Part shown: positions 45,060 to 59,195 of the stretch, piece by piece
How positions within the stretch are numbered: position 1 is the first letter of the stretch
Layout of the letters: the number at the start of each line of letters is the position of its first letter
DNA from: Strigamia acuminata
Taxonomy: Eukaryota
DNA length: 64,000 bases
Direction: 5' to 3'
Assembly: GCA_949358305.1 (NCBI GenBank)
Contig: OX442314.1
Span: forward strand, 32,736,001-32,800,000
The notes under the pieces: model-generated
Seen by the model: only the letters and a program-made list of their open reading frames with translations
What the model was told of the DNA's origin: nothing
Database searches by the model: none
Program-made: the position numbers and the translations under genes

Positions 45060-45893
45060 CAAGGGGCCTAGACAAATTTTATTTGGACCCCTTGTGGCAA
45101 AAATTGAGGCTTAGAATTATTTTTTAGTTCGAAATTGGACTTTTTAGCTGTAAAAAATAAAAATCTCATTTTCGGCTCAAAAAACTGAAATTTTTTGCCC
45201 TAAAATGAAATTTTTTGCCTAAAATGAAATTTTTTGCCTTAAAATGAAATTTTTTGCTTTAAAATAAAAATTTTTGCCTTAAAATGAAATTTTTTGCCTT
45301 AAAATAAAATTTTTTGCCTTAAAATAAAATTTTTTGCCTTAAAATAAAATTTTTTGCCCTGAAATGGAATTTTTTGCTCTAAAATAAAATTTTTTGCCCT
45401 GAAATGAAATTTTTTGCCCTAAAATAAAATTTTTTGTCATAAAATAAAATTTTTGCCCTAAAGTAAAATTTTTTTTCCTAAAATAAATTTTTTCGCCTAA
45501 AATGAAATTTTTTGCCTAAAATGAAATTTTTTGCCTAAAATGAAATTTTTTGCCTAAAATAAAATTTTTTGCCTTAAAATGAATTTTTTGCCCTAAAATG
45601 AAATTTTTTGCCTTAAAATAAAATTTTTTGCCTTAAAATGAAATTTTTTGCCTTAAAATGAAATTTTTTGTCTTAAAATGAAATTTTTTGCCCTGAAATG
45701 GAATTTTTTGCCTTGAAATGGAATTTTTTGCCTTGAAATGGAATTTTTTTTAGCTTAAAATCGAATTTTCTAAGCTTAAACTAAAATTTTTTTTCCAAAA
45801 ATTGTATATTGTTTTAGGGGCCCGCTGCGAGCCCTTCCAAAAACCAGTCCCAAGACATTTCCATTTTTTGTCTCTGCCACAATCCATCCCCTG
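45060..45893. mobile_element. hAT-like non-autonomous element containing a ~20-bp minisatellite
   Basis: 8-bp TSD CAGCATCA at 45052-45059 and 45894-45901; ends CAAGGGG...CCCCTG. Confidence 0.8.
45188..45760. repeat. 19-21-bp minisatellite
   Basis: More than 25 copies of AAAATGAAATTTTTTGCCTT. Confidence 0.93.
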
Positions 45894-48800
45894 CAGCATC
45901 ATGAACACACAGGAACCACCACCTTTATCCCAATTTCTACGTTAATTCTATTGTATTGTATTATTCCAACACAATGTTTTGCCGAATTGCTTTTAAATAA
46001 AACTTGAATGGTCATAAAATTAGACGCTATCTTTTGTTTCCCTCTTTTGTCGGCGAGACCCGTATTACATGACGAATGAGGGGAAGCAAAGCATCAAGCT
46101 GCGAATTAGCTCTCGCTCGAATAAAACGGGAAGCTTCCGGATTTTTGCCATTCACAACGAGCCAGGCGCTGGAAGCTCGCGCTCGCACCGCTCCGTGCAG
46201 GTGTGGTGCACCTCGTTAGCATAATACAAGCGTCAAATTATCGCTCACGCATAAACCCCTTGTGTACAGACGCTGATAAACGCTGTTCTCTCCTTGCCCC
46301 ACGCTTTTCCAACCTGGCGCCACCCGGCTACATAAAAAGATGATTTATTCTCCCAAGAAAAACCTCAAGTTCACAGAAAAGAATAAATTTCAATCTCCGG
46401 CTTCATTCTTCCACAGTTAAACGTCGCGGATCTGATTCATATCGATTCGGCGACAAAAAATATCCACGCAAAAAAAATCACGCGACCAATTATCATGAAA
46501 AGTAGTCGCGTATTGAAATATTTGAAGTCTCGATCAAAACTACTTTCAGTATAAAATTGTAAAAGCTGATTAAATTTCTACTAAACTGTGATTTCTGTCT
46601 AAAATGTCTCTGGAGCTGATAAAAACGTGGCTACAAGGGTAACACAAGAGTTTATTCTGGTCAAAAAAGGGGTTTACAAAGTTAAAAACAGGTCAAAATA
46701 GGTCAAAAGCACATCTGGACGCAACTCATAAAATCTCCTCTAAAAAGCGTCTCTTCGATGTTGGCTTCACTGTTCGTCTTAACTTTCCAACTTCACTTAA
46801 AACGCCCCAGTTTTCACAAATTATATCGCAATGGATTTGGTGAGAATGCATTTTATAACGTATTTTGCCAAATGTGACAAAGTTCTCAAGTTGTAAATGA
46901 TGAGATGTCTAAAGTCCTAGTAACAAGTTGAAATCCTAATTGAAAAGTTGTAAATTTGAAGAAATTGCAAATGGCACTTGATGGTGAAGAAGAACACGCA
47001 CACAAAATGCATATTTAAAATGCTTAAGAAACGCAATACAATGAAATAAAAATATAATAAGTAAAAATCATTTCAAAAACAAAATGCAATATTTTAAACA
47101 CATGAAATAAATGAAACACATTAAATAGATAAACCAAAATAAAAACTTGTAAAACCACACAATTTTCACACATTTTTGCTCGCTATTGGTTTGCAAATGA
47201 TCATACATTTTGTAAAATATATTTTTGAACCACATGGGTGCAGATATTTGAATAAACCTAGGACTCTAGTTGCTTTTGGACACAAGCCAACCTACACATC
47301 ATCCTCATTACACGCGGTTCATAAACAACAAAAGCTGCGGGAGTTTGTCAGTTGGCTACCCTGCGCTGCACATTTTCATTATCTTCTCCCAGCGTCGTCG
47401 TCGACCACTTCCCAACAATTTTCATGTCGTCCGTGCAGGTATTAAAGAGTTTATTTTCTCCTTTTTTGTCTTTTCACTAATTAATACTTTATTAGGAATA
47501 TTTTTTTTCATCTTCTTTTGTTATCCAAGAAATTGAGTGATCAGATAAATTGGCCTCGCAAGACTCTTGGAGAGCGGTTTGCGAAAATCCCTACAGTTAT
47601 CTCCTTGTGGACAAGTGGGATTCAAGCTGTCGTCTTAAGGAAAATTTCACCTCCTTCCTTCTTCTTATCTCCTGTTTAAATCCCAGACATCAACTGGAGC
47701 TGAGCTTCGACCTTTGTGGAACTCCTTTGGCGAGTTGATCATGGTACCCCACAGAGTGAAAAAGCGACCAAAGTCTTGCAATACTCGAGGATAGCAAAAA
47801 AAAAGAAAATTGAAGTGTTTCTTATTTGGATTTGCGCGGATGCAGTTGGAAGTAACCGGATATTCTTGGATGGAGTCAGGAAAGTGACCAGTCGAATGTA
47901 CCGAATTTACATACGTGTTTGTTTGTTTGTTTGTTTTATTTAAAGCACTCCCATGGAGTAAATTACAAGGTAAAAACGAATTAAATGAATAAAAAGTAAT
48001 TAAACATTAATTTGAGTTGATGAAAGAAGTGGGGGGTTCCTACCACGAAAGGGGCGGACACCGATGCCACGAGGCCAGAGGGCAGGGGAGAGAAGTGAGG
48101 TGATGTCGTCTGTGGCGATGCGCAAGAAAAAGGACTTGCTAATAGTTTTATCTTCCTTCGTCCATCTGGCGCACTGGAGGACGGTCAGACCTTTGGACTC
48201 GGCATATGAGCGGAATTCTTCATTCGTGTTGTTTATTCATGGAACAACGTAGGTAGCGCTGCGCAGGGGCAGCATCACAAATTATCAATCAAAGAAAATG
48301 GAGTGCCAAACACTAAGAAAACCAGTCTTGTTGCACGAAAAACAAGACTGGCGACTTGAAATTAATGCAGTTATTGGCACGTTTCTATGAGCACACTTAA
48401 CTCAATAAACATGCGATGCAACAGCTTTTGCTAACTCTTCATAAGCAGCATCAGGTCAACAGCTGGACGGCTGCAAAAATCCAATTTATCCTTTGAGCTA
48501 ATCGCGGTACACTCCAACTCACTTGACACGTTAACAACATCTGCGCGAATCCATTTATCAAACATCTTAACATTAATCAGACCGAGTCCCGAGCACGAAT
48601 GAATGTTCTTAAACAAATGTCAATACCAATTAACTTTAATGTACTTAATAAATAAAAAAATAATGAATAATAAAAAAATTCTTTCAGATTTTCCTCAGAA
48701 AGCACGCTAAAGATTAATGTTGCAAATATTAGCAGAGGAAGCGATTTTTCATCTCACCGGTATAGCCAGCGACTGCGAAAAAGGAAAAAAAAACACACTC

Positions 48801-48944
48801 AAGTCATGCGGGTCAGTATCGATTGAAAAACAATTAACGTTTTGTCAATATGGTTTGACGAGGATAAAATGCTGTATTAACTTTTATTGAATTTTTTTTT
48901 TCCACAGAAGAAATGAATTTTTTTTTCATTTTTCTGATAAAAAC

Positions 48945-49626
48945 AATGCGTTTTCGAATCTGAATTTGGCATTTTTGGATCTAAAATTGCATTTTCGAAT
49001 CTGAATTTGGCATTTTTGGACCTAAAATTGACATTTTTGGACCTAAAATTGACATTTTTGGACCTAAAATTGACATTTTTGGACCTAAAATTGACATCTT
49101 TGGACCTAAAATTGACATTTTTGGACCTAAAATTGACATTTTTGGACCTAAAATTGACATTTTTGGACCTAAAATTGACATTTTTGGACCTAAAATTGAC
49201 ATTTTTGGACCTAAAATTGACATTTTTGGACCTAAAATTGACATTTTTGGACCTAAAATTGACATTTTTGGACCTAAAATTGACATTTTTGGACCTAAAA
49301 TTGACATTTTTGGACCTAAAATTGACATTTTTGGACCTAAAATTGCATTTTCGGACCTAAAATTGCATTTTTAAACCTAAAATTTCATTTTTGGACCTAA
49401 ATTTGGCATTTTCGGACCTAAAATTGACATTTTCGGACCTAACATTGCATTTTTGGATCTGAAATTGCATTTTTAAACCTAAAATTGCAATTTCGGACCT
49501 AAAATTAGCATTTTCGAACATAAAATTGGCATTTTCGAACATAAAATTGTCATTTTCGGACTTAAAATTGTCATTTTCGGACCTAAAATTGGCATTTTCG
49601 GACCTAAAATTAGTATTTTCGGACCA
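48945..49626. repeat. 21-bp minisatellite
   Basis: About 30 copies of GGACCTAAAATTGACATTTTT; homogeneous core about 49015-49345, divergent flanks. Confidence 0.95.
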
Positions 49627-52622
49627 AAAAATGTGTTTTTGTTTAATTCGCATTTATCTGCTAAAAATTGCAAAGTTTTTCTGGAACCAGATCCAATTGC
49701 AAGTACAGAGTTTCTATTTTCTTCTTCAAATTATGAATTATAACTAATTCCCAAGTTTTATGGCTGTCCGATCTTGGATTATTCTATCTCGTTAACCCAG
49801 CCTGCATAATTAATTTCAACATAAATTATAACTCCACTTTCCACTCACTCCAAGCTCCAAAGTTTAAAAAAAAAACAAGATCGAATCGACTCAGACGAGT
49901 AAAAGCAAAACGAGTAAAAGGACGAGACGTATTCACTGTCCCCTCGAGTTCTATTGATTAGGTGAACGTTGCCGCTCTTCCATGTCCCAACGTGCATCCA
50001 TCCATCCATTAAAAAATCCCCTCTGCTTGACGGCTTGGCATGGGAATTGCTACAATACCCAGAGGAGTCACTACCGATAGGTAAATTATTTGATCTTTCT
50101 CCTTATTAACTGCAACAGAAATTGATTCGAGCGTGCAAAAACATGCAGTTCTGCTGCTCCGAGAAACGGAAGCAGCTGGACCTGGCAGGCGGCTGAAAAA
50201 CGTTCTCCCGCTTTTCCGTACAGCAAGTGGTGCGACAGACAAGAAAAGAAAAATATATTTTTTTTTTTTTATATTTTTTCCGAGTGTGGTTTAAGCACAC
50301 ACGAAAGCTCTATTGATATTTGTTGGATAAATGTCGTATTTATTGCTCCGTGTCGCTATAAAAAGATTTTAATATTCGTCTAATAATAATTGCATTGTGT
50401 TTAGGTCTATTTATAAGAATGAGACCTTTTAGCCTGATTCGTGATCATTTTTCCACTTGTCTTCATATTTTTTTTTTCTAAAGGGAAAAAATACATTAAA
50501 AAAAATGATTGCACGTCAATCTTGTTTGCACTCGCGATTCTCATAACAGGTTTTTCTTCTCCACTTTTCTGATAATTGATCGTTTTTCGACTCGTCTCAA
50601 TTTCCTTTTGCCCTGTTTTCCTATTTGTGAGGTTTGTGACGATCCATCAATTCATGCGTGACGTCAATACGCGAGTATTATAAAGCGAACTGCAACTTCA
50701 ATAGCAAAGCTCCGCCTGAAGGACTACTCGGCTTCACTGCAACATCGTGTGCGCGAGACACAGATGCTCCATCCACGTCGTCAATAGCTGACGGATGCAG
50801 GAAAGTGGAAAAGCGAAGAGAAGAGAGGTGAATCGTACGACTGACAACTCTCCTTGTATTGCGTTTCTTTTCCTTTTATTTAAAAAAAAAATAGTTTGAA
50901 CAAAAAATTTGGAAAATAAGTTACCGGAGTGAAAAGTTTTATTCCTTTTTTCATATTATTATTATAATAATTTTTTTTTCAAGTGACAACCATGACAAAC
51001 GACTCGATCCCAACCCACATAACCAAGAAATGATCAATAAGAATAAAAAAAATAAACGAACCAAAAAAAAAAAATTGCACCGAAAACCTGCGATGGGAAA
51101 AGTAAGCAAACACGAATGAATCGAGCACAACAAATTCAAACAAACACCAAACCAGTGGATAAAGAAATAAAAATCTGTTTTTGGAAAGAAAACAGCCGTC
51201 GAGACGTTATTCCAACCCTCGCAAACCTACAAATCTCGAGATATACGTGTTGCAAACTGCTGAGTTCGGCTTGTCCGCCTTGCTCCCAAAGCTGCACAAA
51301 CGCACACAGCAGATGTACAGTCGCCACTTGAGGATTATTGCAGTAATTACTCGTGAGATAAAGACGACATTAACATCTTTCCATCAGCTTTTCCACTAGT
51401 TTAATCTTGCAATTATTTTTTGACGTGGAACTACGGCCTAAGAAGACAGTCCCCCACTTTGTATCTTTGCTTCTAAATACAAAATCACAAGGCCAAGATC
51501 TATGCCTAAAACCTCATTCTTCTTTCACTTCACTAATAGAATGAAAATCCTTTATTATCCATTACCTGGCCAACTGTTGTTCATTAGAAAAAGTTTAGTG
51601 GTCATGTAAACTTTCGATAAAAAATATTAGTATCTAAAAAAAAAAAAAATTATTTTTATTTTTTATTTTCAACTATTTTTCTCTGAAAATAAAATGAAAG
51701 AAAGATGAACAGCGTCTGTTACTGCCTTCTTGCCGCAAGTGCTAGAATGATCAGTCGAGCAGATCGATATAAAGAACCGGTGCAGATATTTCTTACCGTG
51801 TTCTCGTTTGTCACTGTATCATCCAAACTCTCGCCTCGGGTTTTAAATGGCAACCAAGCGCAATGACAAGTGTTGCAACTTCTGCACACCGCTCGCCTTG
51901 CCTTCAATTGTCACATGTGAAATATTCGGCATTCGTCAGTAGGCAGAAAAGCAAATTAATTCGTCATGCAAGAACAATTTGGACGTCGTGTAAATGCGGA
52001 ACCAAACCACTGACAGCCATTATTTCCATTTGACTCCCACACGGGCGGGCGAATCGACTTCTGTTCGCGGTCCCGAGTAACTCAGATTTATGCCAAGACA
52101 AAACAAGGGGTCTCGTGTGACTGGACGATAAATGGGTGTGTTGCATGCCACCAAGATGCCACCCAATTTCTCATGAAACCTTAAAACTAATCTCAGTTAA
52201 CTCCCCTGCTTTCGCACGGCGAAACATGACAGCATTTTTATTGTATTTTATTTTTCTTTTTTTCTTGTGGAATTTTAAAATGAAATTTCACGGTAAACAA
52301 AAAAATAAATTTTTTTGTCTTATTTTTTATTTATTAAAAAAAAAAAAGATAGATAAAAAAAAGAAGTAGGTCAATGGAATATGGAAGTTATGAAGTGAAT
52401 GTGTGTTTTCGATTTGTCGTGCCAATACGTGCTGTATACAGGGTGTTTCGTTTAAGATGTTACAGTCAATTTCCAGAATAAGTATATGCTTTTTCAAAAA
52501 ACCAAGCAGACTAGCCTACAGCAAAGTAGGGATGACGAATCCAATAGTGTAATCAAATTTTATGCCAGACATGAAACAATGCACTTTTCATTTGCTAACC
52601 CGTTAGCTGGTCGAGATAGAGC

Positions 52623-52702
52623 AAACTTTCCAATTACAAAGTTGTAGAGCACCATCAAATTAGTACTATCCAACTTATCTTAAGTCACCTTAAGTTAACT
52701 GT
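52623..52702 (+). repeat. Dispersed repeat fragment, second copy near 61082-61162
   Basis: TTTCCA.TTACAAAGTTGTAGAGCA.CATC.AATTAGTA.TA..CAACTTATCTTAAGT shared; upstream TACAGGGTGT near 52437 resembles a Tc1/mariner end. Confidence 0.65.
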
Positions 52703-52963
52703 TTTTTTTTTTTTTAAAAATTGTCTTGATAATTTTCCAAAAATAAACTTTTAAATTAATTCCTTTTAAATTGGAATAATACTGAATTTACCAAAAGAAC
52801 TGAAAAATAATTTAAAATCGATTTTATACGCTCAAATCGGATGAAAGTTTTTATTTTATTTTATTCTTGTCCTTTGTTGATAAAATGTTAAATAAATTAT
52901 AAACAAAAAATTTGTTGTCGCTAAATTTAAATAATCTGTATTTAGCATCAACTTTTGCGATTA

Positions 52964-53139
52964 CAGTCGAGCCTCGTTATAACCAATCGCAATGGACCCG
53001 ATAAATTGGTACGTTATAACGAAAGTTCGTTATATCAACCTTTTAAAAACAAGGGTGTTCTTTAACCAACTAACCAACCAAGCCATTTTTGTAGCAAAAA
53101 GTTCGTTATATCGCGGCTCGTTATAACGAGGTTCGACTG
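52964..53139. mobile_element. Tc1/mariner (pogo/Tigger-like) MITE, 176 bp
   Basis: TIR CAGTCGAGCCTCGTTATAAC / GTTATAACGAGGTTCGACTG (19/20), TA on both sides. Confidence 0.9.
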
Positions 53140-53852
53140 TATACAAAATACAAAATACAAAATACAAAAAAGAAAAAACGACCTAATTGATTTCTGTTTG
53201 CTTTCTCGCCAATCGCTATGCTCCAAAGATGCAGCTTAAACGGTCACGGAGCGTGATATATCAGGTGCAACTCAGCGATCGGTATCGACCTCCTTCAGTG
53301 ACGATGGTCACGCGAGCACAACAGACCGCTTTATTGCTCGAACCGACTGCACCTTCCACTCGTTTTGTACACAGATAAGAGGAAAGATGCTACTTCGAGT
53401 GCTCCATCCACACAACAAGTCTCGTCAAATGATACAAGTGAGGCGTGAAGCTTCTTATCAAGCACTTTCTTCAACCTCGTTTGATTTTTCTTGCTACCAA
53501 TTCGCGAAGCAATTCACGCCGGACGAGTGTTATAGGGCCTTACACACACATTGACCCCTCGACCAAATCACGTTTCGCCTTCCCAACTGACAAAAACACC
53601 CCGAGTGATGGACTGCAGAGCCAAGTATGATTAAAAGTGGCTGTTTGTCTTTCTGCACAGCGGTGATTACGGATCACCCTGCGCAAACATGTTATACTAT
53701 GATAATTCTCGCCTTACCGGACGTATTGATCAATTTAGATAAAATATTCGAATTTTTTCTAACTCATCAAAAAACTGGTTTTACACTTTCGTAGCAAGGA
53801 ACAGAACATTTAACGCAGGTTAAAGTCACACAACTAACATTTATTTCAGTCC

Positions 53853-54733
53853 CAAATGAACCTCGCTATAACGAACACCGTCATAACGAATTCCTCGTTC
53901 GTTATAACAAATTTCTAACTGCCATATTTCTCCCATTATAAATAATTTCACTACAGTCAAAACTCTATAACAAATCGCAATATAACGAATTATCGATATA
54001 ACGAATACGGTACCTACAAATGGCTGGTTTGGTTGGCTGGCCATGTTAAAAAATTCCGATTTAGCGAATTTGTGAGTGGCGGTCGGTTGCCTCGTGGTCA
54101 GGGAAGGACCATGGGGCGTTTGGACACCATTCACGATAAGGAACAACACAAGAAACGCACAGATTTGGATTGTATAATCTTTATTGCAGTTGTCTAGGGG
54201 TTGCGTGTTCACCGTGTTATCGCCTAAGTCGTTGGGTTGCCTTGCAGCATCCCAGTCCAATCCAACCGCTGACCACGTAGTCAAGGACCGTGGGCAGCGT
54301 GGTCGGATTGCATTTGCCTGCCGTGCATTGCAGCACGGCCAACGAGTCGCCTCAAGTCATTTCAGACTTGAGAGCGATCAAGCGACTGAAGTCACCATCG
54401 TATCATTCATCGTAGAGCTCTCACAACCAGTCAGCATGGGACTGAAGATTGAACTGTCTCCGAGATGGCGGTCAAGCCACGAAGAGACCTTGCCAAATCC
54501 TCTGTCCTGATTGGCTGCAATCAGGCTGCAGCTCCGATGATGTATCGTAGGAGCTGCTGAAGATCCTCTACTGGCGGGCGGCGGCTAGTTGGTCACAAAT
54601 TCGCGTTATAACGAATCGATTTTTCGGGTCCTTTGCAATTCGTTATAAAGAGTTTCGACCGTGTAACAAATTATCGTTATTATGAACTGCTTTTTGCTCC
54701 CCCGACCTGTTCGTAATAGCGAGATTCAACCTG
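53853..54733. mobile_element. Tigger-like MITE containing a second MITE (53954-54661)
   Basis: Outer ends TGAACCTCGCTATAACG / CGTAATAGCGAGATTCA; inner ends TA-CAGTCAAAACTC / GAGTTTCGACCG; repeated TATAACGAA motifs. Confidence 0.7.
54071..54597 (-). mobile_element. Solo LTR (527 bp) of a third LTR family
   Basis: TGTGA...TCACA termini, TSD AATT at 54067-54070 and 54598-54601, GC-richer than flanks, minus-strand CCAAT (near 54511) and AATAAA (near 54180). Confidence 0.8.
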
Positions 54734-56591
54734 CAATATATTATTATTTACTAAGCAAATACAGCATATAATTCGAATAAGCCACTAAAAACAATATAAC
54801 ACACTCCCCTTTAAATGCTTCACTGCAACACTTCACTCCTTCTTTTTGAAACAACTAGTTTCAACAGAACAACTTGAATGGAGATGAGCATGTAAACAGG
54901 TCCCATACACATGGGTCGATACGAGTGCACGACAGGATAAGAACGTTTCATTTCCAAATGAATTGTCTCCGCTAAAAATAAAGTGATTGTCCGATGAACG
55001 AACAAGCGGCACCAATCCGTTCCCAAACGTTTGCTCGACCCAATAGTCACATCAATGATGAAGAATGGGCCATTAGTGCCAACATTGATGCTGCTTACCA
55101 GCCGGTCCTTTGAGTCATTCAGTGCACCAGCTCAACTTATTGGTTTTCAGGCAATAAATCAATCCAGATAGCCCATAATGCAACTCCAAACAACTAAGTG
55201 ACAACTTCTCTTTTCATGTTTGCTTCATCCCAGTGATGAATTGGACAAATAAATAAACAAGAGCGGTGCAAATGAGCTCCGAGGCGATAAAAACATCTTT
55301 TTACGATCCAACTACTACATTTTTGGCTTTTATTTGCAACTCTGGAAGTTGTAAATACGACGACGACAATAATATTAAAAATTTAAACACTTAATTCAAT
55401 GTTATTGCTCTATTAGTGTCAACAACTTGCACCGGTACATCAGCACGCTGTTTGAGTTACTGCTCTGGCTAGTCCCCAAAGAGTGACGACAAATGCAATG
55501 CAACAGCGTGTTTAAGTTAATTTTCTGGACTCCCCAAGCATGGCTTGTCTGCAATGCAAGAAAAATCGCATATTCCACTCCAACGATTAGTGTTGGAAGT
55601 CGTCGGAAAGAATTTGCCTCAGTTCGTAATGTTTAAAGTCGCTTTTCCGCATTCGAACGCGTTTTGCGCGACCTGCACGTGTTGGTGTCCAAAACAAACG
55701 TGTCCAAATCACGTTCTGGGTCGCGAGATTACAAGAACTCCCCCTGGTGAGAGACCCTAATTCGAGATTTGCATATTGGATCCAAGTGACACTCAAAATA
55801 TAAACAACAATTAGAACGTGTGTGGAGGACCAACAAATTGTTTTCCAACATCGGACTTTTCAACCGCAATCTGTCTACAACTCCCTCGATGTTTCTTTTC
55901 GACCAAGATAAATTCATTTTTAGTTTTTCCGTTTCATCTTTTCCTGTATTTATTTATTTATTTTTTTTTATTATGTTTTTTTTTTTGTTTCAATGCCTAG
56001 CACAATCTCTTGGCAATTGAATCTCTGTCTTATACTTTATTGGTTTTATGCAACAGCAATCAAATTAAACACTTAGGCAATCAGATACTCCTAATTCTTT
56101 TGTGGTTACTTACCACCGAGAATGGCAAAACGCGTTCGCCAAAGCGCACTCAATCACCAAACAGCAGAAAGTAAAATTTCCAGATGATTGGGCTTTTCTG
56201 CATTCAAAATTGATGACCTGCAGTTCAGTCAGCATGAAACGAACGCTAATTCTGCTCATCACACCTTCACCATCAGCCTCCTCACAACCCAATAACCCAC
56301 TGAATAGACACACGAGCCAAAAAAAAATGCAAACCACACACAAAAATGTAGAACGCATCTTAATTAAATCAAAACACGAGTTGGCGTGTTAATAAAAATA
56401 CGTACTAAACCCATTAAGCAAGGGTCATGCTTGCTAATTACTATTTACACTTTTACTTTTTACCACTATTAAATATTCAGCAGCTTCAAATCAAAATAGC
56501 AGAGTGGTTACGTCAAGCGATCGCGATCCGTCACGTCCAATCCATCATTGCACCGATTTAAATCAATAAACGAAAAATATGTAGTTGCAGC

Positions 56592-57561
56592 TAGGGGGTT
56601 CCTCTACCGGTATTTACCGATATCAAAAACCGATATTTTTAAAGAAAATACCGAATGCCGAATACGGGCTTTAGTTCGATATTGGTACCGGGTTTAATCC
56701 GTTAGGGGTCACTTCGAAAGTGACCTTTTTATAACGCACGTTGAATGGCATTTTTTTTTAAACGCAAAAATGCAAAGTTATCGATTTTTGAACTTAAAAT
56801 TGTGAGTTTTTCGATTTTATACGTAAAAATTAGAAATTAATCGATTTATTTTCTACATAAAAATGAGAATACATCAATTTTTTAACTTAAAGATGAGAAT
56901 TTATCGAATTTTTTAACTTAAAAATGAGAATTTTACGAATTTTTTAACTTAAAAATGAGAATTTATCGAATTTTTTAACTTAAAAATAAGAATTTATCGA
57001 ATTTTTTAACTTAAAAATGAGAATTTATCAAATTTTTTAACTTAAAAATGAGAATTTATCGAATTTTTTAACTTAAAAATGAGAATTTATCAAATTTTTT
57101 AACTTAAAAATGAGAATTTATCGAATTTTTTAACTTAAAAATGAGAATTTATCGAATTTTTTAACTTAAAATGAGAATTTATCGAATTTTTTAACTTAAA
57201 AATGAGAATTTATCGAATTTTTTAACTTAAAAATGAGAATTTATCGAATTTTTTAACTTAAAAATCTTATAAACTCTCAATTTATCAATTTAAAAAAAAA
57301 AATTTACCTTCAACTAATAAAACCAACACCTGATAACATAACAACCCCACATTCATCAAACTGCTACAACCCATTCAAAATAATACCGTATTAAAAAAAA
57401 TAAACAAAAATTACAATTAAAACATTACGACTAAAATAAAAATATTTAACATTGTAGCCATTTATTTTACTTCATTACCGAAAACACCAATTTACCGGTT
57501 TTTTGAATATTGAATACCGAAATACCGGTTTTACCAAAAGTCCCCATTTGAAGAAACCCTA
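56592..57561 (+). mobile_element. Non-autonomous DNA element, TAGGG-terminal family, copy 2, with expanded 31-bp array
   Basis: TAGGGGGTTC...GAAACCCTA termini; homologous to 36237-36792; no TSD seen. Confidence 0.75.
56860..57265. repeat. 31-bp minisatellite
   Basis: About 13 copies of AACTTAAAAATGAGAATTTATCGAATTTTTT. Confidence 0.93.
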
Positions 57562-58894
57562 TAAAGTCAGGACTAACCGTTTATTTTATACACTCATTTC
57601 ATACGAGCGCATCGGCTTGCGGTCACCTTGTATAATCATAACAAAACACACATGTGGAGTTCCTTCTATTTCAGCAAAACAGAACAAAATCATTTTATCG
57701 TATATTCCACCGTTTACACAACCACTGAATCGGTGCGAATTGCAGCCACCTGCCCACCATTCAAATCCTTGCCAGGATAGCCCTTTGATGAAGACTTCAC
57801 CGCGCTCCGTCGAAGATTAAACCGTATTTCAAACAGAGGGGTTCGCGAACAGATGCAAAATTCGCAACAAATTTCCCGCTGCATCGGTTCCCGCACACTC
57901 AATTACCACCAATACAGCCAAAATGCAGATTGCAACCGCATCTCCCTCGCAATTTCACCGGCCTAACACCAATTCTGCACGCCCCAAGAACCCCGAAATA
58001 AACAACCGACAATGGACACTCAACTCTCACGCTCACCTTCACTCACCCAAACGTAATGGCGGCCTGGCACAAACGCATTTTGGTAATTCCTGTCGCGGTA
58101 ACGAGACCCACAAGCAGTAGGCGTTCACCTGATTAAGTGAACGGATATTCTCATCTTTATAGCCGCTCGGGCGAGAGGAAACAGCAAACATTTGCTCACA
58201 CTCAACTGATTAAGTCAGTAGCATTACAATCTCCACTTTTTTCTTTTTTATCCCACATTGTATAAACTTGAAAATCGATTAAATTTATATATAAAAGGCT
58301 TGCGGTGCCTTCTTAAATAAAAGATGGAACCTGGAAGAGCATTTTTAAAGTCAAATTGCTCGTAGAAACTCGTGGGATGGATTTGCTTCGTTTGTTATGC
58401 AACAATTGATGTATTGACGTCGATTGGAATTGACTAGAATTTGATAAAGGAGCCGCAGAGTCAAGTGCATTAGATTAGCATTCGATATGCTCGCATTTAA
58501 ACTCATTCAAACACGATTTGATTTATTGAGTAACTCGAGTGGCTCGTGGCTCCAGTTCTTCACAATTAGCAGCTCGAAGCTTTTTCTTTTCTGCGATATT
58601 TTCTTTCTTTCTTTCTTTCTCTCTCTCTCGTTTATTTCTTTTTCTAGCAATTTTGCGACTCGGTTTCGCACTTAAAGCGATTACTGCCACAAAAAGGCAT
58701 TGGCACGAATGCGACATCTCTATATGTGGTTCAAAAATACATTGGAATTATATTGCGACGTATTGCGATGTGGTTTGAAGTGCATTGGGTTTCGCTAGAA
58801 TGCGTTTTGTAATACATTTATGCGTGCAAATGATAATTACACTTTGAAAAATATTTTACGAGATGCATTCCCAATTAATATTATTTGTCAAATA

Positions 58895-59156
58895 CTGTAC
58901 TGCCTCGTATCATAGCCTGGTTCAAAAAGGCGCCGGGACCCGTTAAGCGCCGGGCTGACAGCCGGTCCCGATTAAGCGCCGGGGTGCCCAAAAATTACTG
59001 ATTTTTCAGTTTTTGCTAAAAACATAATTTTCGCCAAAAATCGCCGATTTTTTTGTTAGACGCCGGATCCGAATAAGCGCCGGGTTTCAAATAGGCGCCA
59101 AAGGGCCGAGCCGAGAAAATTTATAAACGCCCCGTCTTTTATTTGAGGCAGTACAG
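58895..59156. mobile_element. Tc1/mariner/pogo-type MITE, 262 bp
   Basis: TIR CTGTACTGCCTC / GAGGCAGTACAG flanked by TA; internal GCGCCGGG repeats. Confidence 0.85.
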
Positions 59157-59195
59157 TATGAACGCATATTCAAAATAATTTTTTTTTCAATTGCG

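Noticed and set aside
48981..49747. Repetitive ORFs (MSILGPK)n and (LKLTFLD)n, and the similar ORF at 33330-33548
   Set aside because: Artefacts of 21-bp and 30-bp tandem units divisible by three
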